Source: Lingula anatina
Taxonomy: Eukaryota; Animalia; Brachiopoda
Assembly (NCBI GenBank): GCA_051362555.1
Contig: CM120649.1
Span: forward strand, 4,092,001 to 4,156,000
Reading direction: 5' to 3'
Length of the DNA stretch: 64,000 bases
Shown: positions 23,209 through 36,654 of the stretch, one piece after another
Layout of the letters: every line of letters starts with the position of its first letter
Position numbering within the stretch: position 1 is the stretch's first letter
Position numbers and translations under genes: made by a program
Notes under the pieces: generated by a model
The model's input: the letters and a program-made list of their open reading frames with translations, nothing else
Told to the model about the DNA's origin: nothing
Databases searched by the model: none

Positions 23209-25421
23209 ATGACAATCAGAATGGAGATATTACCATTGGTATTGGTTGTTTTAGGACTACAGACCGTTGTTGGTGATGTATCTTTCTTATAATATTTTCT
23301 CGATCGACAACCTGATTTCTTAGATTTTCAAGCTCAGGGCTTCTTATATTTCATTCCCATTGATTTCCTATATGTTGCTCTCAGTTTTTTTTACCTCCGT
23401 CAAGAAGATTGTTTTCACCTGCGTTTATCCGTAAGTCTGGTTGTCTGTCTATCTGTCCGTCCCTCACCAGCCTAACTCAAATGTTATGAATGGATTTTGA
23501 TGAAACTCTTAGGTCAGAAATGGATTTACTTAAAAGTAATCAGATTTGATGATGATCCAGTATTCAATGAATATTTACTATTATTATTAAATCGTTTGTC
23601 TTTTTGTCTGTTAGTAACATCGTGCAAACAGTTACGGAGGGATTTTAATGTAATTTTCGGGATAAGCTATGTCATGGTTGTATTTAAATTGTTAGTTTAT
23701 TAATTATTTAATAATTGATAATGATAAGAATTAAGCTCATTTATAAGTTAACTTATAATTAATTATTAATGGTTAAGTTAATTTATTAACTGATTAAAAA
23801 TAGTTAAGTCTTGGCGGAGGAGCACAGCTAATGAGTGGTTTTCTAGTGTAAGATTTTATTTTAAGTTTTCCGTTTATCTATCAATTTACTCACTTTAGGC
23901 CTACTTAATTCACAGGGAAAGGCCTCACGTACTTCGGACCGAAGTCAACTAGCGCAGACGACGCAGCCTCCCTCGTGGCTTGTCCTCCAGGATTCGTTGG
24001 TACGGACTGCGCATGCTCCAATGATGCTGACAGGTGTGACGGAGCGTACTTCAACAGTGACGGTGTGTGTACAGCTCGTAACACGTGGAGGAGAAGCGGA
24101 ATAAGAGTGAGTGGTAGTTTTTTAAGTGTTTATTGACAGTGCTTTTTTATGGCAAAATATACAGAAAATGCTGCAGAAAACGTCTCAACTGAAAACAATG
24201 AAGCAAGTGATTTGATCCATCCTCCATTTAGACCGTCTTCCGTCAGAAAAAATTAGATGCCCGTAAATGTAAACTTGAAAAGTTCTGACCGTCTTCCGGC
24301 AGACCCAGAAGATGGCCTTTATCCGCCTCTGCCTGTGTACGTTTGTGATTCTCGCATCACTCAGTTGGTCAAACGAAATCATACGAAATCATACGTGATG
24401 TATGGGAGGGAGATTGTTAATGTAAACATGAATAGCCGTGGGTTTGGATGTGAAATATACACCGACTTCACAACAATATATTATACCATACAAAATTAAT
24501 TGCTACTTTTACTTATTATTTGACTTTTGTGATCTTTCAGGCACGTGTAACCTGCCAACCGCTAGAGTCTCTTGTTCATATGACCAGTGTGGGAAGCCCT
24601 GGCTACGTGCATAATCCTGTGGTTTCCTGCCCCGACGGCAGCCACCTCCTCCACTGTGGTTTGAGTCATCCGTGAGTTTTATAGAGTTTTCTGGTATTTT
24701 TACCACTACAACTTAGATCTTCCAGCAGTTTTGTAGCATCCGTTACTTAACCACAAACTGAATAAAACTTCTATATCTTTGCAATTTCCCTTTTTATGCA
24801 CGTGTGTCTGTACATATAGCCATCGCCTGTGTCTGTCTGTATGTCGCCGTGCACTTTCAGTGTTATGTAAATAATACATGTATAAAACTCGATTTTCTTT
24901 TTTTAATCATACAGGCCTGATGAATATTATAAAATACAGGTCAAGTTTGAAACTCAGCCTGATCGGACCATTGTTGGTATATCTGTCAACGTGTATTGTG
25001 TAATTAAGTGTCAAAAATTGAAATAAATTCAAGTCAGTGCAGTATGTCAGGTTCAATTTTTCACGGTGTTCAGAATCTCAGAAAGGAGCAAATTGGACAT
25101 TAATGTGTCAGTGCTATTTTTGTCATTTAAACAAAATCAATAAACATAAATTACACTCGCAATTATGGAAATGGTTTGAAACGATATCAAAGGACACCTA
25201 ATAGACTAAGCCTATAGCTATAGCTTTGTAGTAGCCAATAGCATACCCAAAGTAATATATTACACTAGTACTGTAGCTCCTCACTTATGTTTCATTCAAG
25301 GTGGATTCAAGATGAGAGAAACCCACGCTTCAAAATCATCACCAATGTGCAGCAAAAACAATGCAAACTGGATCGCCGATGTGTCGGCTGCCGCTTATAT
25401 GCCTATTGCATTTCCGTATAG
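23209..25421 (+). CDS. Secreted 12-Cys protein with two PCSK9-C-terminal/resistin-like modules (168 aa; exons 23209-23272, 23916-24106, 24541-24671, 25301-25421)
   Basis: MTIRMEILPLVLVVLGLQTVVG-KGLTYFGPKSTSADDAASLVACPPGFVGTDCACSNDADRCDGAYFNSDGVCTARNTWRRSGIR|ARVTCQPLESLVHMTSVGSPGYVHNPVVSCPDGSHLLHCGLSHP|WIQDERNPRFKIITNVQQKQCKLDRRCVGCRLYAYCISV*. Intron phases 1/0/2 are all compatible with GT-AG and give no stops. The fold assignment is by motif resemblance only. Confidence 0.82.
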
Positions 25422-28354
25422 GTGCGTATTGATCACAGTTATAGGAGTCTATTTAACAGTAGGCAACTAAAATATTGGTCTATATTTTACAGTGGCTGAA
25501 AGCATTAAGGATCATTACTCATTCGACTTACACAGAGAAAAGAAACTAGTACATTTACCGGGGTACATGTACAATGAAGCGGTTTACGGCGTTTTCAATA
25601 TATACATTCTACTTGTGGTTCATTGTCCACTTCCATTTCGATCAACAGCATATACATGAATGGTATGTTTTATTGATAGTGGACGTCTATTTAGAAAATA
25701 CATTGCTTTCTCTCTGTTCCAGGAAACTAAGACCCCTGGCACTACGCGCATGCGTCATATCAAAGCAGAAAGAAATGGCATTTCTTGGCGAAATTCTGCA
25801 TCGGACTGGTTGCAGAATATGATTATCTGACAATAAGTTCCGAAAGATAATTTCTTTTGCGATACTCTTGTAGACTATCGCACTGAATACTGGCAAAATT
25901 TAGACCAATCTATATAGACGATAATATGAAATACATACAGTCATACAACTAGTAATAAAATGCCATGCTTGAAGCCTGGTTTACTTTTTTCTATCAAAAT
26001 CATGGAGCTCTTGTTAAACAGGTTTGATGGAAGTACAATGCAATGCAGCACTAAGATGAACAACAACCGTGAGCATTGATGGTTGTACATAATTACTGTT
26101 CTGCTAATTACAGTTATAGTTCAGGATGCGGAGAGAGGGGGAGGCAGGAACGTGGCTATCATCTTAACGGACCAAGATATACCGACATGTTGCATATCAA
26201 TAAAAATCGTTTTAATTTAAACATATTTTCATTTCATATTCTTATTTTATAATTTAATAGTTGCATAAGAAAATATAACGCTTCAAATGTTTTCTCAGAG
26301 AAAGATTCAGACCAGTCACAAAATTAAGTACAACCGTCAACCCATAAAAGATGGCATTTATTCGGTAGATCTAAACTTTGTCTGACGGAATGCGCCTGGG
26401 GTTTCATTTTATCAGCCACGTTTTCAAACTAGAGGGTAAAATTTCAATTATGGTACTGTAAGAGGTATCGCTGAAGTGATAATTTTATAAAGAGAGGTGC
26501 TTAAACTGGTGTCCTTGCAATCAGTTATTGGTAGTGGGTTCATTGGTCAAAGTGAGTCTAGAAATAAATGTATTGTCATTCTATTCCGGGAGTGAAAATA
26601 GCAAACAATGTATACGTAAAAAGATTTCGATGGGAATGAAGAACTTCATAGCATACAGAAAGTTGAAAACTTTTAAAAAAGAAGGACTGGCTGTCAACGT
26701 TGACAATTGCCAGAGGGAGATTCCCCGTTGAAACGCTGTTCCTTTTTTTAAATGAACTGTTATTAATGCTCAGGAATGTAGGGCCTCGGGTCATTTTCTT
26801 TAAATATGTAAGCAGTTTGCTCTAATCAAATACTTTGACTACCCAAATTAATATAAGAAAAATGAAATCGGCAAATAAGTAATTGGTTAAATTTCGATTT
26901 AAGTCTTTCAATGTTTCGAGAATTTAATCAACTGTTTTGCATCTTGGTAATTGTAGCATCCTGCTTTAATCAATAATTATATTTCAGTGTCTGTCGTGTC
27001 GCTTTCATCGTGGATTTAGCTGCTTTCACGTAGTTGGCCTAACTTTCTACATACATGTATATGTTGTTGAGATTTCTTTGTAAATTACCAATAATCTCAT
27101 TTCATAAAAATTCAAATTTTCAATTATCAAATCAAATTATCCCAATGTCCTTCAATCCGTAATCTGGACAACTTATTTTTTTAAATGATCGGTACAAGCT
27201 TTTTTCCCATGACAACACTAACATGCCTGAACATAGTGTTCAGGATGTTACTCACACAAGGACACGACGCAATTTTAATTTGTCTTTTGGGTATTTACTC
27301 TCTATTGTTTACTGCGTCACTACCCTCCATCAATAAAACTAACATAACATGTGACGGCACATTATCGGGAATGAAATCAAGGCACATTCTAGAGAGGAAA
27401 GAAAGAAAAGCCTGATAGATCGGGAGTTTTTTTTTTTTTTTTTTTTTAGTTCGAATCGGAAAATACGTCACCAAATCGGGGAGATCGGTAGTGCGTTGAC
27501 AGGCTTGCGCGAGGCGGTTGCAGATTTAAACGTTTATTACGTGTGACATGAAGGATTTTTCTAACAATCATCATTATTAATTGCCATAGTTTATTCTAAA
27601 CTCTCGCTAAAATGATGGAACAAACTAACAGAACATTGCATCAGCGATTTCAATAAGTTCAAACTAAGACTTCATATGGTAGTCATATGGCGAAAACTTA
27701 ACATAAACAAATTACAATTAACCTGTAAAGCCTGAAGGAATATATCTTTGAACCGATCAAATTGTAGAATTTAAATGGCAGGCTTCTTTCGTTTTGCGGC
27801 ATCCCATAAGTAGGTTAAAAGTAACTTGTCTCCACAGAAAAATCTTTTCATAAAGACCAAACTAAACCGGGTTATGTTTTCTTACGGTAAACCATAGACT
27901 TTCTTTAATTTCATTTTGTAACTCATACTTTACAAGCAGAGTATCCATGCTCAAGTGCAACCTTGCCGGACTCGTAATATATAGTGCATGCAAATGCGGT
28001 TTTCTTATCCAAACCTGTTCTTTCAGATAAACATGAATGATGGACACGTTTTGAATTGTCATGGTTAGTCAGCTTAACTTAACAATGACATCCTGTTATG
28101 TGAGCACGAACGATTGTGTTGAGGCAAAAGCGATGAAGTTTTTTTGTATAAAGCACCGTTTCTCTTTTTTCACTATTTAATTGCCAATAGTGAAGAAAAT
28201 GCTTTTTTTTAAAAAAAGAAGAAAATTAAAACTTAGGATTAAAAACTACTTTTTTCTAATGAGAAAGATGCCATTTGGCCTAGTGTGTATTAAAAAATAT
28301 TAAACCCTAAAATTTTTTTGCCTTGGTCTATCAACTTCCTTATGTTCTTTATTG

Positions 28355-28470
28355 TATAAATACCGCAGCACTGACAAACCATTCCCCACACGAGATGTTC
28401 TATTGGTAGAGCAAAGAGTGAAACACGTTTCGGAGCTGCAAGCGAACCAAAGGCTGATAAAAGGGTGAGT
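28355..28470 (+). promoter_or_regulatory. TATA box and putative non-coding exon upstream of an orphan signal exon
   Basis: TATAAATA at 28355 and donor AGG|GTGAGT at 28465, about 540 nt before the exon at 29002. Confidence 0.5.
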
Positions 28471-29001
28471 TGTATACGCCACTGTTTAAGTTGTCTGCCT
28501 GTCTTTGCTCTGCACAAATATTGCTTCTTTCTCTTTTTTACTTTCTTTTTTTTCTTTCTTTCCTTTTTTTTGTGCTTGTTGCATAATTTACTTATGATAA
28601 GAAACGCTCCTTAACAGCCCCCGAAAGTAAAAGTAAAAGGGCTGTTAAATCTTGTTATCAAGTTACACATTAAGTTTAGAACTGTTTGCACATGAAACAT
28701 TCCAAAGTCATTTTTTGTCTTCATATCCTGCAAGAAAATAACTCGTCATTTAGAACTACATTTTAAAAATGGGTTTAAAGAACGAATCCACGCGATTTAA
28801 TGATTCGTGAGTAGGTTAAATTACATTTCTTTCTCGAGGACAATCCGTTTTGACGGAACAGCCACGTATAAATAACCGTAAGGAATCAAAATCGAAATGA
28901 CACGTTTCCTTTTCGTGCGCTTCCTCAGTATACTGTATGTAAATTCAACAAGTAGGAAAATTTTCTTTCATCGACAGGAATAGTGTTTCAGTCGAGTTCA
29001 A

Positions 29002-29065
29002 ATGACCACCGCAATGGTGATGTTACCATTGGCATTCGTTGTGCTTGGAGTACAGACCGTTGTTG
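29002..29065 (+). pseudogene. Orphan paralog of the signal exon of the 168-aa protein
   Basis: MTTAMVMLPLAFVVLGVQTVVG|gtgatt versus MTIRMEILPLVLVVLGLQTVVG|gtgatg; no matching downstream exons found. Confidence 0.7.
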
Positions 29066-29582
29066 GTGATTTATTGGGCCTGATATTTTCTTAACAGACT
29101 GATTTTTTTTAAATTTTCAAGTACATACTCTTTTTTATTTTTCTTGTTATTTTTTGTTTACATTGTTTTACTGGATGTTTTTATCAGCTTTGTTTTAGAT
29201 TTCCTTTTCAGTTATCCAATTCTCTATCAATTCACTGCCTCCGCCAAGGTGACATGTGTGATTTTTTTTTTTTTTTTGGTTCCGTCTGTTTGCTTGTTTA
29301 TTTGCAACAATCTGCAAAAGAAATTGCCTTTGGTAAGATCCTGAAGCGTGATTTTATTATAACATATCACATAAGGCGGAAATTGGTATTAGTCATGCAT
29401 TGTGGTTTCAATTTTTAATCACGCTGCATTTTGAATGGCGTGCAGTGTTCCAAATCATATTTTCTGGAAAACAGCGATTAACAGACTTCTCAGAAGTATA
29501 AATACGATTTCCATTTATGCCCATCCCTGTCGATCACGACTGAAATTCTATTAATAAAGGCATGATCCTCTGGTTATCCATT

Positions 29583-29824
29583 CCAGTTTCACAAAAAAAA
29601 CTTAAGTCCGGTTCCCTGGCTAATAGCTTAATTACCAAGGTTACATGGTCACATGCACACATCTTACCCTATCAGGAACAGTGTTACAACACTCTCATGG
29701 TCACATGCACACATCTTACCCTATCAGGAACAGTGTTACAGCACTCTCATGGAAATCCTAGACAAATAAGCCAGGGAGCAGATCACGACTTAGTTTGTTT
29801 TTTTTTTCTTTTTGAAACCGGGGC
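29583..29824. mobile_element. MITE-like insertion in exon 1 of peptide copy 2, with an internal 52-bp tandem repeat
   Basis: Imperfect TIR CCAGTTTCACAAAA..TAAGTC..TCCCTGGCT / AGCCAGGGA..GACTTAG..TTTTGAAACCGG interrupts the CCATTCC-GCCTG sequence seen in copy 1; repeat units at 29644 and 29696. Confidence 0.6.
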
Positions 29825-30630
29825 CTGGCATCCTTGAAGCATTGATTTTGTTGTTTACTTTAGGTTTTTAATTGGTGTGCTTGTTGGGTGGGCAACGATT
29901 AAGAAAGTGAAACATTGATAAACATGTTTAAGAATAAAATTTGTTTGGCATTTCATGAGTGAAAAAAGAAGATAATAAAAAAGGTTAAAACGGGTATAGA
30001 AACTCTCAAGTTGACAAAAAAAGTCAAAAACTTTTAAAAGAACGAAGATTTTCCCAAAGCGGTTGCAGATGGATTATTTATCAGAAGGGCCATTTAAAAA
30101 AGATTGGTTAATTTTCTTCTCAAAGCTCAATACTAAATCTTTTTCACAAAAAATTAGATTATATTTTTGAGCAACAGGGCTGAAAGAAAGAAGTTAAGTT
30201 TTGAAATGAAATTAATTTAAGAAGCGATATTCCAAATCTTCCAAGAGAATGAAGGAAAGACATGACTGATCTGCAGTTTATATAAGTAAAATATTCAGCT
30301 GTACTTATTAAAATTATGTTTTCATGGCTGATATTTCTCAAAACATTTCAATTTAAAATAGTGAACCATTTTTTCTTGAATAATACATACGGATAAAATA
30401 TTTAATATACTCCAGAATTTTTTTACAAATTTTCAGATAGTTAATTCAAATAAAACCAATACTTTTAAATTACTCATAACTTATCTCAATAAAATTCTTA
30501 TTTCTTCTTATGCAGTATTTTCTGATATAATTATCATTATTATAATTCTTACCGTTACTTTTTACACCAGTAATTAGTTGTCTTTCATGAAATTTCATTT
30601 CATTTTCATCTTTTTACAGTTTAACGCAAA

Positions 30631-31425
30631 ATGGAGACCCAAGTGTTGATCTGTTTCTTTGTCGTGCTCTACCTGGCGACTGTCTCGGTCGCAGCTCCTG
30701 TGGACGAATCTCAAAGCGTGCAGGACAAAAGTAACGAGGTAAAGATTTCAACTGTAAAATAGAGCTACTGAAATAATCACAATCACCACAAAGTTGCTAA
30801 ACTATTGTCTTATTTGAACTATGTGTTTTTTCCCTCTTAGATACATTACTTCTTTTTGAAATATGCAGTATGGTTGTCTACCGAAGCATTTTTTTAATTT
30901 TTCAACAAAGTGGAAAATGGTCAATAGAGCGATTTTCATCACAATCATTGTATTGCATGAAATTGCACTCTTTGTGCTGTTATTCCATATGACAACTGTC
31001 AGATTGCATGGACCTTCTATACACCTGATTCTATCCTCTGCATTCAAAACAATCCATGTATTTAAACGGTTTTTGCATAGAGAAAAATGTCCATTCTTTG
31101 GCGTTCAAAAATACATCCAGTTTCACAAAAACATAAGGTACTCAAACTTGAGAAACTTTATTTTAAGCATTTTAAAAAGACTTTAATTCCAGTGAGTAGA
31201 AACTCCTTTTAGACAGTCTCTCACATTTTATTGTTTTTATTGTTGTAGGCAATGGTAAGAGCCAAACGTGGATCATGTTTTTGGAGTTGCGGTTCCTATG
31301 GTACCTTCTTGACCTGCCCAGGTGGGTTCGTCGTCCGGGGAGCTTGTGGCTCTGGGAAAAATGCGGATTGTTCTCGTACCCACTGCGGCCGAGGCACCTA
31401 CCACGCCATCTATTGTTGTAATTAG
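30631..31425 (+). CDS. Secreted 8-Cys prepro-peptide, copy 2 (94 aa; exons 30631-30738, 31249-31425)
   Basis: METQVLICFFVVLYLATVSVA-APVDESQSVQDKSNE|AMVRAKR-GSCFWSCGSYGTFLTCPGGFVVRGACGSGKNADCSRTHCGRGTYHAIYCCN*. Confidence 0.9.
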
Positions 31426-32511
31426 TAATTTCGACAGCCAGAAATGCGAGCAATAGCCGAAGTGCACAGAACATTGCGCAAGAATGCTTTCATTAACCAT
31501 GCAAAATTTTCAAATGGTTTGATCCATTTTGATGCATTAATTATAAGATATAAACTTACCTGAAAACTGTTTATCTTTGATGTTTTGGCCGGCTTTCACT
31601 TTTCACTTCTCAAATGGAAAAAATAAAATTATTGAGCTTCTGAAAATTGCGTGTTGCCGTTGTGATTTTTCCCATTTGACAATATTTCTTCTGTTTGTTT
31701 CTGAGCGGGCTCTTCAGTACTTCACCTGTATTATAAAGGATGCATCTTCGGTGACTAACCCATGCGTCTCTGAAATAAAGGTCTATCCTACCATGTGATA
31801 TCACAAGGGTCTCTGTAGTATAGCCTGCTACAAAGCAAAGTCGATTTAACCAATTTGAAAAAGACTACTAAAGATCCCTGTGGTCAAGATACTCTCAAAT
31901 ATGGAAATCAATTTTTAGTGGATTTTCATGAAGTCAGTTCTTCGTGATCCTCCAATACTCAAAATACTGGTTCGAACACCAAAGCATTAGCCACATATTA
32001 CATCAAGTAAGCGCTTTTTGATTAAAAGTATCGTACAAGGTTTGAACCTCGAATTAGTTTTTTTCTTGAAAAAAAGTAATTTCTTCTTACATAAACCATT
32101 GCTCAACCAATCCCAGCACTTGGGAAGATGCTTTATATAATTTCTAATTAAATAATCTCACATTAAATGGCTGACCAGTCATTTAGTACGTCAAGTCTTC
32201 CTGTATTTTTCAAAAAGAAATATCCATGTCAAGCACTTTGTTTTGAGGGGTTTTATTTGGTCGTATATGAACTGAGAAGGACTTAGTGGTTTTGAGAGAT
32301 ATGCGGGCAATGAGAATATGACTTTTTGACATATTCAAATGCAATCAGTACACTTTTGAAGAAATCGAAAAAAAATGATGATATAATTTTTATTCCTCTT
32401 AATTGGCTATTTAATTCACCAGTTTTACACATGCGGACGTACACCTGATCTTGCATGTCATTCTCCGCAATAATTTTACGAAAACGCCTATCCTTCGGCA
32501 CCAAGATGAAC

Positions 32512-32545
<34 letters not shown>

Positions 32546-34754
32546 TTATTTCCAAGAACTAATAGTTAAAAATCCATATAGAATGTTCAGTAGATTTAAC
32601 AGGGATAAAATGGGCAGAATGAGATGAATAAATATGAGCAGAATCAGATAGTAAAATATATACATGTAGGAAAAGATAAAAAGCCAGTCAATAAATCTAA
32701 TTAACAAGATACAGAGTATAATTGCTAAAACTCGGCAATTCAAATTGCAAAGAAATAAAATGTATTTTATGCCTTAATGAGCATCTATACATATACATGT
32801 ATAAAAATAACCCTTTCTTCTGTTAATCTACAAATTAGTTCTTTTCTAAGGAGTGTTGTACCGTCGTGTTTTTCTGATGTTCGTTGTGCAGCGAAACAAC
32901 TTGAAGTAATTATTGGATTTCTAGCACTGAGCCTCAAGGCCTTAGAGCTTTTCAGAGCTTTGGAGCTTTTCAATTAATTATTATATGTGTACTGAGGACC
33001 GATGTGAACATGGGCAACGCAGTGGTACTGCTTGTGAGGGGGGGGGGGAGACGACGCTTTTGTCCATGAGCTTGCTGACCAGCTCAGACTTAAGGCAGCT
33101 GCAAAGGAGGCTTGTCTACGTCGACTAGCAACAAATAAAAAACGATTTAAGTTTCCTGTGAAACGGGGGCTTGGTAAATTTGAGACCAATCCATATAAGT
33201 GGCAATGTGAAGGACAACTTTTTATAAAACATCATGCTTCAAGTCTTGTTCTCCTTTTTTCAATTAAAATCATACAGCTCTTGTCAAACAGGGTTGATGA
33301 AAGTTCAATGCAAATAAAGTAGCAATAACATGAACAACGACTCCGGCCAATAATGATTGTATGTAACTACAGTTCCAATATGTCATTTATATATGTAATA
33401 AACGTAGTCGTGATCAGACCGTCTTAAGAAAAATGAAAATAAGTTTAAACGTTTATATTATGGCTTATTTCGAGGTCAACATTTAAAAATGTCATATGTA
33501 AAACATGACTATCATCAATGAATTCAAAACATTATAGATTATTATGAAGTAGAATTGTGTACAAAATTTAAAATAATTTTGGCCACGCCCGTTCTGGGCC
33601 TTCCCACGTCTACCAAAACTGGTAACGAAATGCGGGTGCGCAGGCTCCTCGTGTTATAAACTATTCTAAGACTTGCACTGAGCATCTCATCAATGAAGAA
33701 AAACACATCCACAGGGTAGTGACGGTTCCGTGGTTTTCACTGTCGTCCTATACCGCCAAGCCATTACATGTTTACTGACAGTCAATGAAACGCTCAGAAA
33801 AACTTTCTGGTACTTTTTTTTTACCGAGAAACGATTCCAATCATATAAACGAGTACAAATACACTTGTTTGGTCATAAGAGAGTCACCTTGTTTGACTGA
33901 ATAATGGGTCATATTTCACACGAAAAATGTTATTTTCTTAATGTTCCAAAGGAACTTAAAATATCATTTGATAAAGAAACGATGCGTTTTCATTGGCTGT
34001 CAGTATATATTTTCTCTGAGGCGTACGTATCCAGGGGTTTTGACCTACAAATCAAGTTTTCCTTCAAAGAATTTTTCTGAAACTTACAAATACTTACTCG
34101 ACCAAATTCTTTACTTGGGTTTTTGATGTTTAATACCAATTAATAGAAGAATTTGATTTTGAAGGAATGGCCAGTTATGTATAAACCAAGTCTCCGTGTA
34201 TATTTCAATAGGAAATATGGACATCAGGCACTTTCTTTTGACAGTTTATAATGTTTTCAAGGTTTGCATTGGGAAGGACTCGGCAGTGTGCAGGATATAC
34301 AGACGGAGAAAATATGACATTGGGACATTTTCAAATGCAAAAAGTACGAGTACACCTTTCAGATGATAATAATGATGATAATAATGATGCAATTTTTATT
34401 CCATTTAATTGTCTATTTGATCAGTCATTATAATACATTCTAAAGATATGTCACTCGAGGGACTATTTTGTACGTGTAATACCCAGGGCCCCTTTCAGAA
34501 AACAAACAGAAATATCACTGTCCAATGAACTAAATCACAACGGAAACACGCAATATTTAGAAGGTCATTTTTTATTTTTCCAACTGCAAAGTGAAAGCAG
34601 GCCAAACAGCAAAGATAATAAATCAAATTGTTTCCGAATAAGTTTCATCTTATGCATCAAATCAATTCAAAATTATGCACAGTTGACAAGAGTATTCTTG
34701 TGTATTTATCTGAATACTGCGGATATTTTTTTTTCACGTTTCTGGCTTTCAAGT

Positions 34755-35750
34755 TTATTTCGGGCAACACAAGATAGCGTGCCAGGTCTTTTTGCCGCAG
34801 TGGGTATGAGAACAATCCGCATTTTTCCCAGAGCCACACGCTCCCTGGACGAAGAACCCACTTGGACAGGTCAAGAAGTGACCCCAGTAGCCACATCTCC
34901 AAATGCAGGATCCACGTTTGGCTCTTACCATGACCTTAAATGATAAAACATAAGGGACTGTCAAAAAGTGTTTCTACGGTACTCACTGGAATAAAAATTC
35001 ATAAGGCTCAATATAATATTATCAAACTTGAGTAGCTTATGTAGTAGTAATAATGGATATATTCGACTATTTTGAACGCCAAATAATAGACCTTTTTGTT
35101 CCTACAAAAATAAGTCGTAAAAAAAAAATACCTGAGATGTTATAAATTCAAGGATGTTGAAGCAGATGTATACATAGCCCATGCAGTCAGGCAAATTTAA
35201 TATAGCAATGCAGTACATGGGGTGGAACTTCATTCAGTGCAATGATATGATGTATATTTACCGCTGTATCTATATGCCATTTACCATTTTGTTTAGAAAT
35301 GAAAAATGCTTCGGGAGATAGCCATAAGATATAATAGACAAAGAGGAAATAGACAATACAATCGTACAGAAAAAACGTATACCATTCGCATGTATTCTGT
35401 TTCCCGATCACCTCTCTCTCTCCCTACCTTTTGAAAGCTTCCATTTTAGGATAATTATTTTGTAAACACAAATAAGAAAAAATTAACACACATAATTCAC
35501 ACATCACATAATCCGTTCATTCAATACAATCACCTTTATGTCTAAACATATGTATCTACCCTTCATTTTATCAGCAGATGTTGAAGGAAGAAGTCCAGTA
35601 ACACTTATTGCTGTAATTTTATTTTAAAGTTTACATCTTTACCTCGTTATTTCTGCCCTCTACGCTTCGAGATTCGTCCAAAGGAGCAGCAACCGAGACA
35701 GTCGCCAGGTAAAGCACGACAAGGAAACAGATCAACACTCGGGTCTCCAT
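34755..35750 (-). CDS. Secreted 8-Cys prepro-peptide, copy 3 (95 aa; exons 35750-35643, 34934-34755; non-coding exon ~36120-36062)
   Basis: METRVLICFLVVLYLATVSVA-APLDESRSVEGRNNE|VMVRAKR-GSCIWRCGYWGHFLTCPSGFFVQGACGSGKNADCSHTHCGKKTWHAILCCPK*. Confidence 0.92.
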
Positions 35751-36654
35751 TTTTAGTCGATCTGTAAAAAGATAATGATAAAAATGAATATTGAGTGACA
35801 TAACATCAACAAAAAAGCAGTCACTGATAAAATATCACGTTAATAATAGTAATGTAAAATATTTTGAAAGAAAATATAAGGATGAGAAAAAAAGGTTAGA
35901 TTGGAACCTATGAATAATCTGTTCCGCCGTTTTCACTCGCGAAATGCCAACAAATAATATTCTCATATTCTTCAGTGATCGGTAAGTTATCATTTTCAAA
36001 TCATTATAACTCTTAAAAGCACGACGATAAAAATCTAAAAGTATAAAACAAAAGCACTTACGTTGTAACCAGCTGTAACCTCTGTAAACTCTACGCTTCC
36101 AGGTTTTCAGGGGGAATGGATGTTCTACCGTTAATCTTCGCTCTTAAATCCCATCCTAAGTCACGGAAGAGAAGTCAAAATCAGGAACTAAAGTCTCTTT
36201 TAAGTAATAAATTAAAATAATTATATATCCACCCATTTAAAGTTGACAGAAAAGGGAGATTCTAAAACAGTGGGAATACATATGGATTAATGTATTTTTA
36301 GTCATTAGGTTCTTTTTATCTCTTTACCAAACATAGTCACCACACCTGATATAATTTGGGGTAAGCCTGTCCCAGGTCCGAGCGTTAAGTAGCTTTCCTA
36401 CCTGGAGAAGGCTTATTCATGTTTAGGGCAAAAATACTATAATGTATTCCCAGCATTAAGTTTTATTAATCTTGTTTATAAGTCGGACACAAATATATAT
36501 TCAGAAACAGAGTAAAATAAAAGTTATATTTAGCCCGTGTCCGGGTATAAAAAAATAGAGATGACAAAGCGAAAAATTTTAAGTATAGACACGTCTGATA
36601 GAGGCATTTAAATGAGAAAAAAAAACTAATTTAAGTTTAGGTGATTCTAATATA

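Noticed and set aside
29644-29752. Direct repeats as a CRISPR-like array (also 10523-10598)
   Set aside because: Only two adjacent units, no spacers, eukaryotic context.
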